This document shows positions 19,457-28,997 of a stretch of 64,000 nt of DNA, in pieces. The DNA is taken from contig CBFGJV010000004.1 in the NCBI GenBank assembly GCA_965649205.1, positions 42,134-106,133 on the forward strand, given 5' to 3'. The notes below the pieces were generated by a model. That model searched no databases, had not been told where the DNA came from, and worked only from the letters and a program-made list of their open reading frames with translations. Numbering within the stretch: the first letter of the stretch is position 1; every line of letters starts with the position of its first letter. The stretch comes from a candidate division WOR-3 bacterium. GTDB taxonomy: Bacteria > Hydrothermota > Tepidihabitantia > Tepidihabitantales > Tepidihabitantaceae. Position numbers and translations under genes: made by a program.

Positions 19457-21763
19457 GTGAAAATCAGCATCACCATACTGACATTGTCTCTATTCTGCGG
19501 TTTCGTGTTGGCGCAGACGCCAGCCACCGCAACCAGCTCCGCGCCTGTGCAACCGGAGCTTGTGAAGTATTATTACGGTCTGCCCGGCTCGGATGACTAT
19601 GTGCTGGGGCCGGCAAGCCCTGAGCAAAATACCGATGCCTGGCAACAACACAGCACTATGCCGGCGGTGATGATGGACAATGCGGCAGCCGCTAACGCCT
19701 CCCACATATATGTTGCGGCTGGATATAATGTAGGCAAGGTTTTTTACCGCTGCCCAATCGGCAATACTAACTGGGAAACCCTTCCCGACTGCCCGCTGGA
19801 CCTGTGCACCGGCGGAGCGGCTATCATCGGCGACACCTTCTACTATTGCGGCGGCTACAAGAACAGTATGAGCCAGCCGGCCGACACGTTATACAAATAC
19901 TCCATAACCGGCAGAAACTGGACCTCTGCTCCCGGCCCCCATCCCGGCTGGGGTTACAACTGGTCACCCACTGTTGTGGCCTGTGCGGGCAAACTATATT
20001 ACATCAGCGGCTGCTCCATACCCGGAGCCACAAACCCCACTACCCGGGTATGGCGTTATACCCCAGGAGTAGGTTGGACACAGGTGGCGAACCTGAACCG
20101 GGGCCGAGTGTTTGCTCACGCTGTCGCCTACCGCGACACCATCTGGCTGGCCGGAGGCATAGCCGACGGCCTTCCTCTCACTCACACTGAATTCTACGAT
20201 CCGGTCGCCAATGTCTGGACCGTGAACAACTCTGTGTTCCCGCAACTGCCCGAAGCCCGCTGGGGAGGAGCGGCTTCCCAGACAGGAAACCTGATGGTCA
20301 TAGCTTCGGGAGTAAACCCGGCTGGTAGTCTTACCGACTCTGTATTCGTTTTCAACTTCAACACCCGCACCTGGACCATAGAAGAGGGCGTTCCCACCCG
20401 GGTCTATCGTACTAGCGGCTGCGGGACCCCGGACGGAAAGGCATTCATCTGCGGCGGTTCCATCGCTGGCTTCACCCCTACGAATATAGTTCAGTACAAT
20501 ACGTACTCGGTAGCGCCCGCCCACGACGTCAAACTGGCGGCCATTGTCGCTCCCGGCACCAGAGTGGCTCCTGGCACGCCGGTCCAACCTGTGGCCCGGG
20601 TGCAAAACATGGGTTCGTCTGCCGAAACGAATATCCCGGTGACCTGCCTCATAGACTCGGCCGGCACCACAGTCTATAACCGCAGTACCACCCTTGCTGG
20701 CCCGCTGGCTCCTGGCGCCAGCGCGCAAGTACAATTCAGCCCCAACTGGACGCCAGGACCCGCGAACGCCATATATCGCGTTAGAATGTGGACCGCGCTT
20801 GCCAGTGACTCCAACCGCACCAACGACACCCTGGTCCAGACCACCCGTTCTGCCAACCTCATCACCGCTTTGTGGCTCTACAGTGACGAGTATCCGCCCG
20901 AGACCCTCGCTGTCCAACTGTATTCTCTTGGCGACTCTCTGGTGTTCTACGACATCCGCGCTAATATCCCGCCTTTAGATACCCTAATGCGCTATCCGGT
21001 CGTGGGCGTACACACCAACTTCGCTCCCGCCGACTCCGTAGTTCTGGGCAACCTGCTCGCCGACTACGTTGACGCGGGCGGCGGAGTAGTTTTGGGCCAG
21101 TTCAGTTTCACGTCCGGCTGGCACGTGGCAGGCAGAATAATGACCGGCAATTATTCCACCATCGGCAAAGGTGCGAACACTCAATCCTCCACCACGCTGG
21201 GCTGGAGGCGAACCGCCCACCCGATAATGGCCGGAGTAGACTCGGTACGAGAGTTTTATGCCACAACCGCCCCGTTCCTCACCGCCGATTCTGTGGCCAA
21301 GTGGGCAGACGGCCGACCCTACGTCGCAGTCAGCGCGAATCAAAAAGTGATAGGCGTGAACAGCTACCCAGGCTACTACCAGATGACGCCGCCCCAGCGT
21401 GGCGGAAACTGGGCACTCGTGTTCCACAACGCTCTGCAATTTGCCCGCGGTACGGTAAGTCTGGAAGAGTTCGACCCCTTCCGACCTGCGCTCCCCTGTC
21501 GCTTGCAGATGACACCCAATCCTACACGCGGCTTTGTGCTTGTAAACTATGTTCTCCCAGTCGCAGGACCTCTGGAACTCGCTATGTACGACCTGAACGG
21601 CAGGCTGGTAAGAAAACTGTATCAGGGTCGCGCTCTTTCCGGCTACGGTCAGACAAACTGGGATATGCTTGACCAGCATGGAAAAAGAGTAGCGCCGGGC
21701 GTCTACTTCTGCCGCCTCGTCTCCGGCAACTACAAACAGACCGCTAAGTTAATTGTGGAATGA
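19457..21763 (+). CDS. Secreted Kelch-repeat + CARDB-like + alpha/beta domain protein with FlgD/T9SS-type C-terminal domain
   Basis: GTG start with GGAGGAG RBS, signal peptide, GG..Y..W Kelch repeats, HDV..I.AP/V.N.G CARDB, PNP..YDLNGRLV..GVYFCRL..KLIV. Confidence 0.85.
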   Translation: MKISITILTLSLFCGFVLAQTPATATSSAPVQPELVKYYYGLPGSDDYVLGPASPEQNTDAWQQHSTMPAVMMDNAAAANASHIYVAAGYNVGKVFYRCPIGNTNWETLPDCPLDLCTGGAAIIGDTFYYCGGYKNSMSQPADTLYKYSITGRNWTSAPGPHPGWGYNWSPTVVACAGKLYYISGCSIPGATNPTTRVWRYTPGVGWTQVANLNRGRVFAHAVAYRDTIWLAGGIADGLPLTHTEFYDPVANVWTVNNSVFPQLPEARWGGAASQTGNLMVIASGVNPAGSLTDSVFVFNFNTRTWTIEEGVPTRVYRTSGCGTPDGKAFICGGSIAGFTPTNIVQYNTYSVAPAHDVKLAAIVAPGTRVAPGTPVQPVARVQNMGSSAETNIPVTCLIDSAGTTVYNRSTTLAGPLAPGASAQVQFSPNWTPGPANAIYRVRMWTALASDSNRTNDTLVQTTRSANLITALWLYSDEYPPETLAVQLYSLGDSLVFYDIRANIPPLDTLMRYPVVGVHTNFAPADSVVLGNLLADYVDAGGGVVLGQFSFTSGWHVAGRIMTGNYSTIGKGANTQSSTTLGWRRTAHPIMAGVDSVREFYATTAPFLTADSVAKWADGRPYVAVSANQKVIGVNSYPGYYQMTPPQRGGNWALVFHNALQFARGTVSLEEFDPFRPALPCRLQMTPNPTRGFVLVNYVLPVAGPLELAMYDLNGRLVRKLYQGRALSGYGQTNWDMLDQHGKRVAPGVYFCRLVSGNYKQTAKLIVE

Positions 21764-21828
21764 AGCGGAGAATATCTCCTAAGCTTATTTACGACTATGC
21801 GAGAATGAAAGCCAAGAAAGGAGTACAG

Positions 21829-22371
21829 ATGCGTGTTATCCCCACTCAACTCCGCCAGTTGCAACCCATAACTTGTATCCTGTCCATTCTTCTACTACTT
21901 TTCACTCTCACCGGTTGCCCGCAAAAGCCACCGCCACCCGAGCAAAAAAACCAAGCCCAAACCGAAACTCTTTCCCAGCAGACCGAACTTGAACCAGACT
22001 CCGCAACTAAAGAAGAAACTACTGCCACGCCGTCCGCACCTTCTACCCAGCCCACGTCTCCACCCGCTCAACCCGAGACCGCAACTTCCCCAGCTCTTCC
22101 TAAGCTCTGGGATTTCTGGGCTGCCTGGTGCCCACCGTGCCGGGATCAAAAACCCATAGTCGAAGAACTCGCAAAAGAGTATGCCGGCGTTATAGAAATC
22201 AAGTCCATAGACATAGACGCAAACCAGGACTTGGCAAAACAATTCGGCATCTCTGCTATTCCCACCCTCATATTCCTTGATGCCCAAGGTAAAGAACTGA
22301 CGCGACGTGTGGGTTTCTACCCCAAGGACTCAATTCTGGCACGCTTTCGGTCACTTGGATTTATAAAATAA
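21829..22371 (+). CDS. Thioredoxin-family lipoprotein with Pro/Thr-rich linker
   Basis: LTGC lipobox, DFWAAWCPPC, IPT cis-Pro motif; AAGGAG RBS. Confidence 0.9.
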   Translation: MRVIPTQLRQLQPITCILSILLLLFTLTGCPQKPPPPEQKNQAQTETLSQQTELEPDSATKEETTATPSAPSTQPTSPPAQPETATSPALPKLWDFWAAWCPPCRDQKPIVEELAKEYAGVIEIKSIDIDANQDLAKQFGISAIPTLIFLDAQGKELTRRVGFYPKDSILARFRSLGFIK

Positions 22372-22449
22372 CCCAACTCAAGCTACCTGGCGGGTCATGC
22401 TGCTGAATACGACCATTGACACCACTAGACTGAGAGCTACTATTTCAGT

Positions 22450-23436
22450 ATGAAACGACGTATGGTAAAACAACTGCTGCCAGCCATAGCACTGCTAATT
22501 TCTGGCCCAGCACTGGCGGCAAACATACTTGTCTGGAACTATGACCCGGAAGATAAATTCTACGACCAGACAGTAGGAGACTCTATTGACTGCGCTTGGT
22601 GGGTAGAGCGTGACCTCCAGGCGCTAGGACACAATGTCACCCTCTCCAACTACGACCTACCCGCAGACCTTGCGCCTTATGATGCGGTATTCTGCCTGAT
22701 GGGCTGGTACCGATGTTGAGGAGACAACTGTACCGTCGGTCCGACGGAAAGCAATCGGCTGATTTCCTATCTGCAGAGCGGCAGGTCGGTATACGCTGAA
22801 GGCGGCGATTTCGGCTATTCTAATCAGAACAGCAATCTCTGGCCTTATTTCGGCTGTCGCTTCGTTCATGACGGTTATGCCAGCGGCACAGGAAACGTAC
22901 AAAGCCTCACCGGTGTATCCGGTACCTTTGCCGCCGGGTTAAATCCGAGCTACTTATACAGACAACCACCGGATAATTACGTGGACGAACTGGCAACTAA
23001 TGGCGGCACTCTGCTCTTCCGTGATCAGTCTTCTCTTGGCCGGGTAGTGTGTCACCGTCCCGGCTCTAGCCGTACCATCTGCTCTGCGGTGATTTACGGA
23101 GCTATGAGCCAACCAGTACGTAGACAGGTAATGAAAGGCTACATCAACTACCTGCTGTACGGAACAGGAATTGCTGAATCGGAGACTGTTCAACCCGAAA
23201 GAGATGCTATTAGCATAACTCCCAATCCTACACGCGGTCTGGTCCGTTTTTCGGTTGCCCCTCAGATTCAGCAGCTAACGATAACAGACATCACAGGTAG
23301 AATCGTTGCTACCTGTCCGGTTTCTGGCGGGAATGCCGTATGGACGGGCAGGCAGTCCGACGGTCAGCCAGTGCCTTCTGGTGTCTATTTCTGCCAGGCA
23401 TATACTCAAATCGTTCCGTTTACCATGGTGCGCTAA
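22450..23436 (+). CDS. Candidate secreted selenoprotein (328 aa; in-frame TGA 22717-22719 in a Cys-Sec motif) with T9SS/FlgD-type C-terminal domain
   Basis: One frame, open apart from a single TGA; signal peptide; SECIS-like hairpin at 22733-22747; C-terminal PNP..DITGRIV..SGVYF. Confidence 0.8.
22733..22747 (+). promoter_or_regulatory. Bacterial SECIS-like hairpin
   Basis: CCGTC-GGTCC-GACGG; G-G-U-C at +22..+25 counting the U of UGA as +1. Confidence 0.7.
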
Positions 23437-23544
23437 AGACCACCCACGTATTCCGCGTACCCCTGTAGGAAAAACTTCTTTACCGCCTAGTTTACTTCAA
23501 ATGGAACATAAATTAAAATAATTCTTATCTAACAGGGAGTGCAA

Positions 23545-24111
23545 ATGATGAAAATACTGGTGATTGAAGGTAGCCCGCGTCAAGGTAATACCGCCGTCGT
23601 AACCGACTGGGTCCTCTCTGGTTTGGGTCCCGGTATGCAAGTAGAGCGCATCCGGGCAGCCGAGTTGAACATTCACGGATGTCAGGAATGTATGCGCTGC
23701 GGAAATACAAAAAATGCAGCCGGGTGCCAACAGCACGACGATATGCTCATTCTTTATGATAAACTCGTGGAAGCCGATCTCACCATCTTCACCACCCCGG
23801 TATTCTGTTGGGGCGTAACCGCCCAGCTCAAGGCTGTGATAGACCGCTGTTTCGCCCTGCTGACAGGCGAATCTCTGCTTAAAGGAAACAAATGGGCGCT
23901 TATCATCACTGCCGGCGGGGACCCCTATGACGGAGCAGACCTCATTGTGGCCATGTTCAAGAACCTGTGCCATTTTGCCGGAATTGAATTTCTCGGCCAG
24001 CACGTGGTGGCTAACTGCCCCTCTGGCAGAAAGCTTCGTCAGAACAAGCTGCTTGCCCAGCAGGCGAGAACATTTGGCCGCGAGCTGGCAAAAATTCTGA
24101 AGACCGCCTGA
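23545..24111 (+). CDS. Iron-sulfur flavoprotein / NADPH-dependent FMN reductase family
   Basis: GSPRQGNT, CQECMRC...C, DDM, TPVF.WG..AQLKA.IDR. Confidence 0.9.
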   Translation: MMKILVIEGSPRQGNTAVVTDWVLSGLGPGMQVERIRAAELNIHGCQECMRCGNTKNAAGCQQHDDMLILYDKLVEADLTIFTTPVFCWGVTAQLKAVIDRCFALLTGESLLKGNKWALIITAGGDPYDGADLIVAMFKNLCHFAGIEFLGQHVVANCPSGRKLRQNKLLAQQARTFGRELAKILKTA

Positions 24112-24124
24112 CCCGAATTCGCCT

Positions 24125-26443
24125 ATGGACAGAAGAGGATGGACTTACCCGCGCCAACTGCGCGCCCTCCTGTTCCTACCTATGGCTTTGCTCTTCCTTC
24201 CCGCCTGCGCATGGGGAGCTATTTATGGCGCAGTAAAGGGGTTTGTACGCGACGCTTCTAGTGGGGAAGCGCTCGCCTACGCCAATGTTTACCTGGACCA
24301 CACAGACTACGGTGCGGCTACCAGTGCAAAAGGTTATTACTACATTGGCAACGTACCGCCCGGCGATTACCACCTCGTTGCTTCGTTCGTGGGCTACTCT
24401 TCTGTCCGCCGGCCTATTACGGTTGTTGCCGGTCAAACCCTTACCGTGAATCTGGAACTGAAACCGGGTACGGTAGAACTCAAGGAAGTAAAAGTCTCTG
24501 CTGAACGCGCCAGATTTGAACGCGAGGTAGAAGTATCTGCTACTCGCCTGGAAACAAAACAGCTTCTGCTCACTCCCCGGGTAGGTGGCGAACAGGACCT
24601 GTTCCGTGCTGTCCAGCTGCTGCCCGGAGTAGTAACTACTTCCGATTTTTCCAATCGTCTTTATATCCGCGGGGGGTCACCGGACCAGAACTTGATTCTT
24701 CTGGACGGTATCAGCGTATACAATCCTTCCCATTTATTTGGCATTTTCTCGCCCTTCATCACCAGCGCTATATCAGACGTAACCCTTTTGGCCGGCGGAT
24801 TTCCTGCCCGCTACGGAGGCAGACTCAGCTCCGTTTTGGACGTGACTACCAAAAACGGCAACTCCAAACATTTTTCCGGAGAAGGTTCTGTATCGCTGCT
24901 TGCTACCAGCGGCCAGGTGGAAGGACCTCTTCCCTGGCGCAGAAACACTACACGATCCGACTCTGCCGAATCTGCAGGTTCTTTTCTTATTGCTGGCCGA
25001 CGCACCTATCTTCCCGACCTGCTTCTTTCCACCTTCGACATTGAAGGTTTAGGCTACTATTTCTACGACCTGTTGGGAAAAGCAAGCTACAATTTTTCCT
25101 CTGATTCTCGTCTCACTGTCAGTGCCTTGGCAGCCGAAGACGTTCTCTCCTTCTGGAATCCGGACAATCGCACTGCGCTGGATTCAAAGCTGCGCTGGGG
25201 CAATCGTGGCGTTTCTGTGCGCTGGAACCGGGTTTTCACTCCCGTGCTCTATGGAGAAGCGTTGGCAGCGTGGAGCAACTTCCGTTCCCGTTTTGACGTA
25301 TCCCTAGGCCCGGGCCCCGCAGCCCAGCTTTCTACAGACTTGACTGACCTAACTGTCAAGTCGGACTTTACCTGGTATCTGGCAGACGCCCACACGCTGG
25401 ATGTAGGACTTGACGCTAAATACATACACATAGCGGCCGGCTTCTCCTACGACACCCTGCGGGTCCTGCCCCGGGATACATTGGTACCCGTCTGCATCTA
25501 CCTGGACGAAAAGTGGGAGGCGGTACCCTCCCGGCTGTTTTTCAAGCCAGGGCTGCGTCTGACCTATATTTCCAAGGGTGAACGACTGGAACCCGAACCC
25601 CGTCTGGGAGCAAAATATCTGATCGGTCGGAACACCTCGCTGAACGCCGCGGTCGGACGTTTCACCCAACCATTAGTAACATTAAACTCCACCGATGTAG
25701 TATTCTCCATCTACGACGTATGGTTGCCAGTTCCAAGCAATCGCAGAGTGCCCCGTGCGTTACATCTTGTTACCGGCATAGAACACTGGCTTTCTTCTGA
25801 CGCGATTGCCGAACTGGAAGCATACTACAAGCACTACTCCAACCTGCTGGAGGTTCGCTATGGCAGAGCATTTACACCACCCGAGTCCCTTCTTACTGCC
25901 GAGGGCTACTCTTGGGGCGTGGACTTTTCCCTGCGCAAATCAGCCGGTTGGATTACGGGCTGGGCCAACTATTCCTTTATGTGGACACGGCGCAATATCG
26001 GTAAAGAAGTCTATCATCCTCACTACGACCGCCGCCGCAACCTCAATATCGTTATTTCTTTTCCTGAACTCCTGTGGGGCATAGACCTGTCGGCCCGCTG
26101 GTCGCTCGGTACCGGCCTTCCCTTTGCCGGTACTGTAGGTTACTATCCCCGTTATGAGTATCTGCCGGAGGAAAACTACACGCGCCGCATATGGCAGTAT
26201 ATCGAAGGACCTCGTGATGCCTTTCGTTACCCAGCCTATCATCGCTTGGATGCAAGCCTCACCCGCACCTGGGTAACATCTCGGTTACGTATTTCCGCCT
26301 TTTTTGACCTGGTGAATGTATACAATGCCCGCAACGTCCTCCTCTACTACTGGGATTACAGTAACCCCGACCAACCTCCTGTACGGAAGCAGGTGAACAT
26401 GCTGCCCGTTCTGCCGACCTTGGGCGTAAAAGCAAGTTTTTGA
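24125..26443 (+). CDS. TonB-dependent receptor with N-terminal carboxypeptidase-regulatory-like domain
   Basis: G.V.D..SGE.L.YANV, SFVGY, LLPGV, YIRGGSPDQNLILLDG, GGFPARYGGRLSSV, terminal Phe. Confidence 0.92.
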   Translation: MDRRGWTYPRQLRALLFLPMALLFLPACAWGAIYGAVKGFVRDASSGEALAYANVYLDHTDYGAATSAKGYYYIGNVPPGDYHLVASFVGYSSVRRPITVVAGQTLTVNLELKPGTVELKEVKVSAERARFEREVEVSATRLETKQLLLTPRVGGEQDLFRAVQLLPGVVTTSDFSNRLYIRGGSPDQNLILLDGISVYNPSHLFGIFSPFITSAISDVTLLAGGFPARYGGRLSSVLDVTTKNGNSKHFSGEGSVSLLATSGQVEGPLPWRRNTTRSDSAESAGSFLIAGRRTYLPDLLLSTFDIEGLGYYFYDLLGKASYNFSSDSRLTVSALAAEDVLSFWNPDNRTALDSKLRWGNRGVSVRWNRVFTPVLYGEALAAWSNFRSRFDVSLGPGPAAQLSTDLTDLTVKSDFTWYLADAHTLDVGLDAKYIHIAAGFSYDTLRVLPRDTLVPVCIYLDEKWEAVPSRLFFKPGLRLTYISKGERLEPEPRLGAKYLIGRNTSLNAAVGRFTQPLVTLNSTDVVFSIYDVWLPVPSNRRVPRALHLVTGIEHWLSSDAIAELEAYYKHYSNLLEVRYGRAFTPPESLLTAEGYSWGVDFSLRKSAGWITGWANYSFMWTRRNIGKEVYHPHYDRRRNLNIVISFPELLWGIDLSARWSLGTGLPFAGTVGYYPRYEYLPEENYTRRIWQYIEGPRDAFRYPAYHRLDASLTRTWVTSRLRISAFFDLVNVYNARNVLLYYWDYSNPDQPPVRKQVNMLPVLPTLGVKASF

Positions 26444-26447
26444 GCCT

Positions 26448-27263
26448 ATGGAAAAGACCTCTCAAAGAACTCAATTTTTACTGCTGTTTTCTCTTTTCTG
26501 TGTTTGGCTCATAGTCTTTGGGGACGGGTGCGACCGTCCCTCTTCCGAAACATTCGTACCGGTTCTGAATGTACACGGTCTCCTCCTGGCTGGTGCCGAC
26601 ACTCTGAGTATGTACATAAACCGCTCTTACGGCATCAATGAACGGTTTGAACCCGATTTCCCCTCTGTTTCAGTGGAGGTGTGGCGAAGAGAAGATACTT
26701 GGCAACTCACGTACCGTGAAGGAAGCTATTACTCCTCTTCTGCTCGCTTCAACATCCGCTCCTTCGATACCTTCTATTTTCGCGCACGCAAAGCCGGTTT
26801 TACCCCGGTTACGGGCCACACATTTGTCCCTGGCGCGTTCAACATTATCTGGCCCCGGCCAGGGGATTCTGTCAGCTCGCGAGATTCTCTGGTATGGACT
26901 CGCAGTCGTTACTCCAAAGGATACTTTCTCGCCTTCCGGCAAATAGTCGGCAGCGAAACATTGCACGTGAAACTCCCCGTACCTAACGACTCCCTACCTG
27001 GCCTGCCCTACGATACGGCTACCGCCAGAATTCCTCTGTTCTTCCTCGGTCAGCAACCGCAAGGACCCTTCACAGTACATCTATGGGCATGCGACACCAA
27101 TTATTATGACTGGGTGGAAGGCATAGCGCGTAATCGTTCTGGACTGGACTCAACCCACATCAACGGCGGAGTCGGCGTATTCGGTTCTGCCTATGCCTGT
27201 TCAGTCCGGGTCTTTATCCTGCACACGCCGACTTACTCCAACCTCAAACGCAGCAACAGATAG
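26448..27263 (+). CDS. Putative lipoprotein partner of the TonB receptor (DUF4249-like)
   Basis: Signal peptide with Cys; C-terminal T.INGGVGVFGS; 4 nt after the receptor gene. Confidence 0.7.
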   Translation: MEKTSQRTQFLLLFSLFCVWLIVFGDGCDRPSSETFVPVLNVHGLLLAGADTLSMYINRSYGINERFEPDFPSVSVEVWRREDTWQLTYREGSYYSSSARFNIRSFDTFYFRARKAGFTPVTGHTFVPGAFNIIWPRPGDSVSSRDSLVWTRSRYSKGYFLAFRQIVGSETLHVKLPVPNDSLPGLPYDTATARIPLFFLGQQPQGPFTVHLWACDTNYYDWVEGIARNRSGLDSTHINGGVGVFGSAYACSVRVFILHTPTYSNLKRSNR

Positions 27264-28684
27264 TCAAAATCGCTCTCCGGATACATGGCATAACCGGCAA
27301 CCAGTAAGTCCTTTTCCCCGTAGGGGTATATGGCTACTGGTCTTGCTTCGCCTACACCTTGGCCGCTGTAGCTATAGCTCCACTCCAGCTCCCCCGCAGA
27401 AGAATAGCCCAAAAGCAGTAAATCTGGCTGCCCAGTCCTACCCACTGAAGTAGCGCCCACAACTATGCCTCCCCGCTGGTCGAGACAAACAGTCCAACCC
27501 CTGTCTGCCGCGTTATGACTAGAGTTATATCGTCGCGCCCACACTATCTCGCCCTCGTACGAGAACTTCACCGTAAAAACATCGAAAGACGACCCTCTGC
27601 CTGTTGACTGCCCCGTTACAATAAGGTTACCTCCCTCATCCACACAGGCAGACTGTATAATATCAACACTCCCTTCCCCATCCAGAAAATGCGACCAGAG
27701 CAACTTCCCGTTGGGACTAAAACATGCCACCAGATAATCATAAGAACTCCCTAGTCGGTACTTCGTACCAGCTAGATACACCTTCCCCTTATTGTCCAGT
27801 ACTAGCTCTGGAGCCAACGCCGCTCCAGGTTGCTCGTCGGCAACCCTTCGCTGCCACAACAACTTCCCTTCCCTGTTGTACTTCAACAACAGAAGACCTG
27901 CTTGATTCTTTCCGACCGAAGCGGTTCCGGCAACATAACAGTTACCCTCCTTATCGACCGCCAGCCGGCTTGCAAACTCATCCCCTCCGTTTTTCCCTTC
28001 GTACCTCCTCACCCACATCGCTTTCCCGGAATCGTCACACCGACAAGTAAGAATATCCCAGTCCAAAATCCGTCCCGGCGCCGAATCAACCCTCTCTGCA
28101 TTTTTTTCTGCTATCTCCCTCTTACCGCTACTCCCAGTCAAGAAAAAACCACCTCCTGGACACAGGGCTATAGCCACGGCTTTATCATCTCCACGCGAGA
28201 TGCCCTCCAGCCTACGCACCCAGCAGGTTTCGCCATACTGCCCGAATTTCACATACTGGTAATCCCAGCCTTCCCGCAAATCAGCAATAGTACCTCCAGC
28301 CGCCACCACTCCCTCTCCATCCCAGACTGCGCTCCAAGGCCTGTCTTCGCATCCAAGGGGAGAGCCATATCGCCGGGACCATATTATCTTACCCATCGTA
28401 TCTGCCTTCACGACGGCGAAATCAAAATCCGTAAGCCCGCCAAACGAATAGCCAAATAGATACACGTTTTGATCATGGCCCACCACTATGCCGGTACACT
28501 TATCCTCCTGGCCCACCGGCCCGTCATAACGGGTGGCAAAAAGCATCGTGGGTCCGATACTATCGCCCCCCATGACCACAGTAGAAGCAAAGAAAAAGCC
28601 CCCCAGCCAAATTACAAACAGAGCAGTAAAACCTAACAGGTCCTCACCGCTCTCTTTCTGTTGAAACACTCTTAATTTGAACAC
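27233..28684 (-). CDS. Exported beta-propeller protein (SBBP-like repeats)
   Basis: Repeated D..GN.YV.G...D....KY...G...W.RRY units. Confidence 0.8.
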   Translation of the reverse strand: MFKLRVFQQKESGEDLLGFTALFVIWLGGFFFASTVVMGGDSIGPTMLFATRYDGPVGQEDKCTGIVVGHDQNVYLFGYSFGGLTDFDFAVVKADTMGKIIWSRRYGSPLGCEDRPWSAVWDGEGVVAAGGTIADLREGWDYQYVKFGQYGETCWVRRLEGISRGDDKAVAIALCPGGGFFLTGSSGKREIAEKNAERVDSAPGRILDWDILTCRCDDSGKAMWVRRYEGKNGGDEFASRLAVDKEGNCYVAGTASVGKNQAGLLLLKYNREGKLLWQRRVADEQPGAALAPELVLDNKGKVYLAGTKYRLGSSYDYLVACFSPNGKLLWSHFLDGEGSVDIIQSACVDEGGNLIVTGQSTGRGSSFDVFTVKFSYEGEIVWARRYNSSHNAADRGWTVCLDQRGGIVVGATSVGRTGQPDLLLLGYSSAGELEWSYSYSGQGVGEARPVAIYPYGEKDLLVAGYAMYPESDFDYLLLRLRLE

Positions 28685-28796
28685 GAGCGATTCTAGAATC
28701 GGCTATCTTGCTGTCAACGGGCAGTACCGTCCCACTGAACTTGACAAATACCCTCCGCCCGTTATTGTATTTATGCATCGAGAGACAAAAAAACCG

Positions 28797-28962
28797 GCCC
28801 GGCGGCAGTCGGGCATCGGGCGTGTAATTGTCTGACGTGGGACGGACAATCCAGGTCGCGGGACATAGCCCAAGTCCTTCGGGTTCGTGTCCCATGGCCG
28901 TAGTGAGAGCGAAACACGGTGGTTCGAGAAGAGGCCGGCAGGCGGCCGCAGTCGCTTGTCGG
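28797..28962 (+). promoter_or_regulatory. Highly structured 5' leader of the giant surface-protein gene
   Basis: Hairpins at 28797-28814, 28827-28850, 28854-28899 and 28935-28962, between a TTGACA-16-TATTGT promoter and the GGAGG RBS. Confidence 0.45.
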
Positions 28963-28997
28963 TAAGGAAGGCCGCAAACAGACCTGACGGAGGAACG

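Noticed and set aside
28820..28910. c-di-GMP-I riboswitch (contains GTGGGACG)
   Set aside because: Lacks the GGCAAAC, GAAA tetraloop and GCAAAG elements; kept only as an unclassified structured leader.
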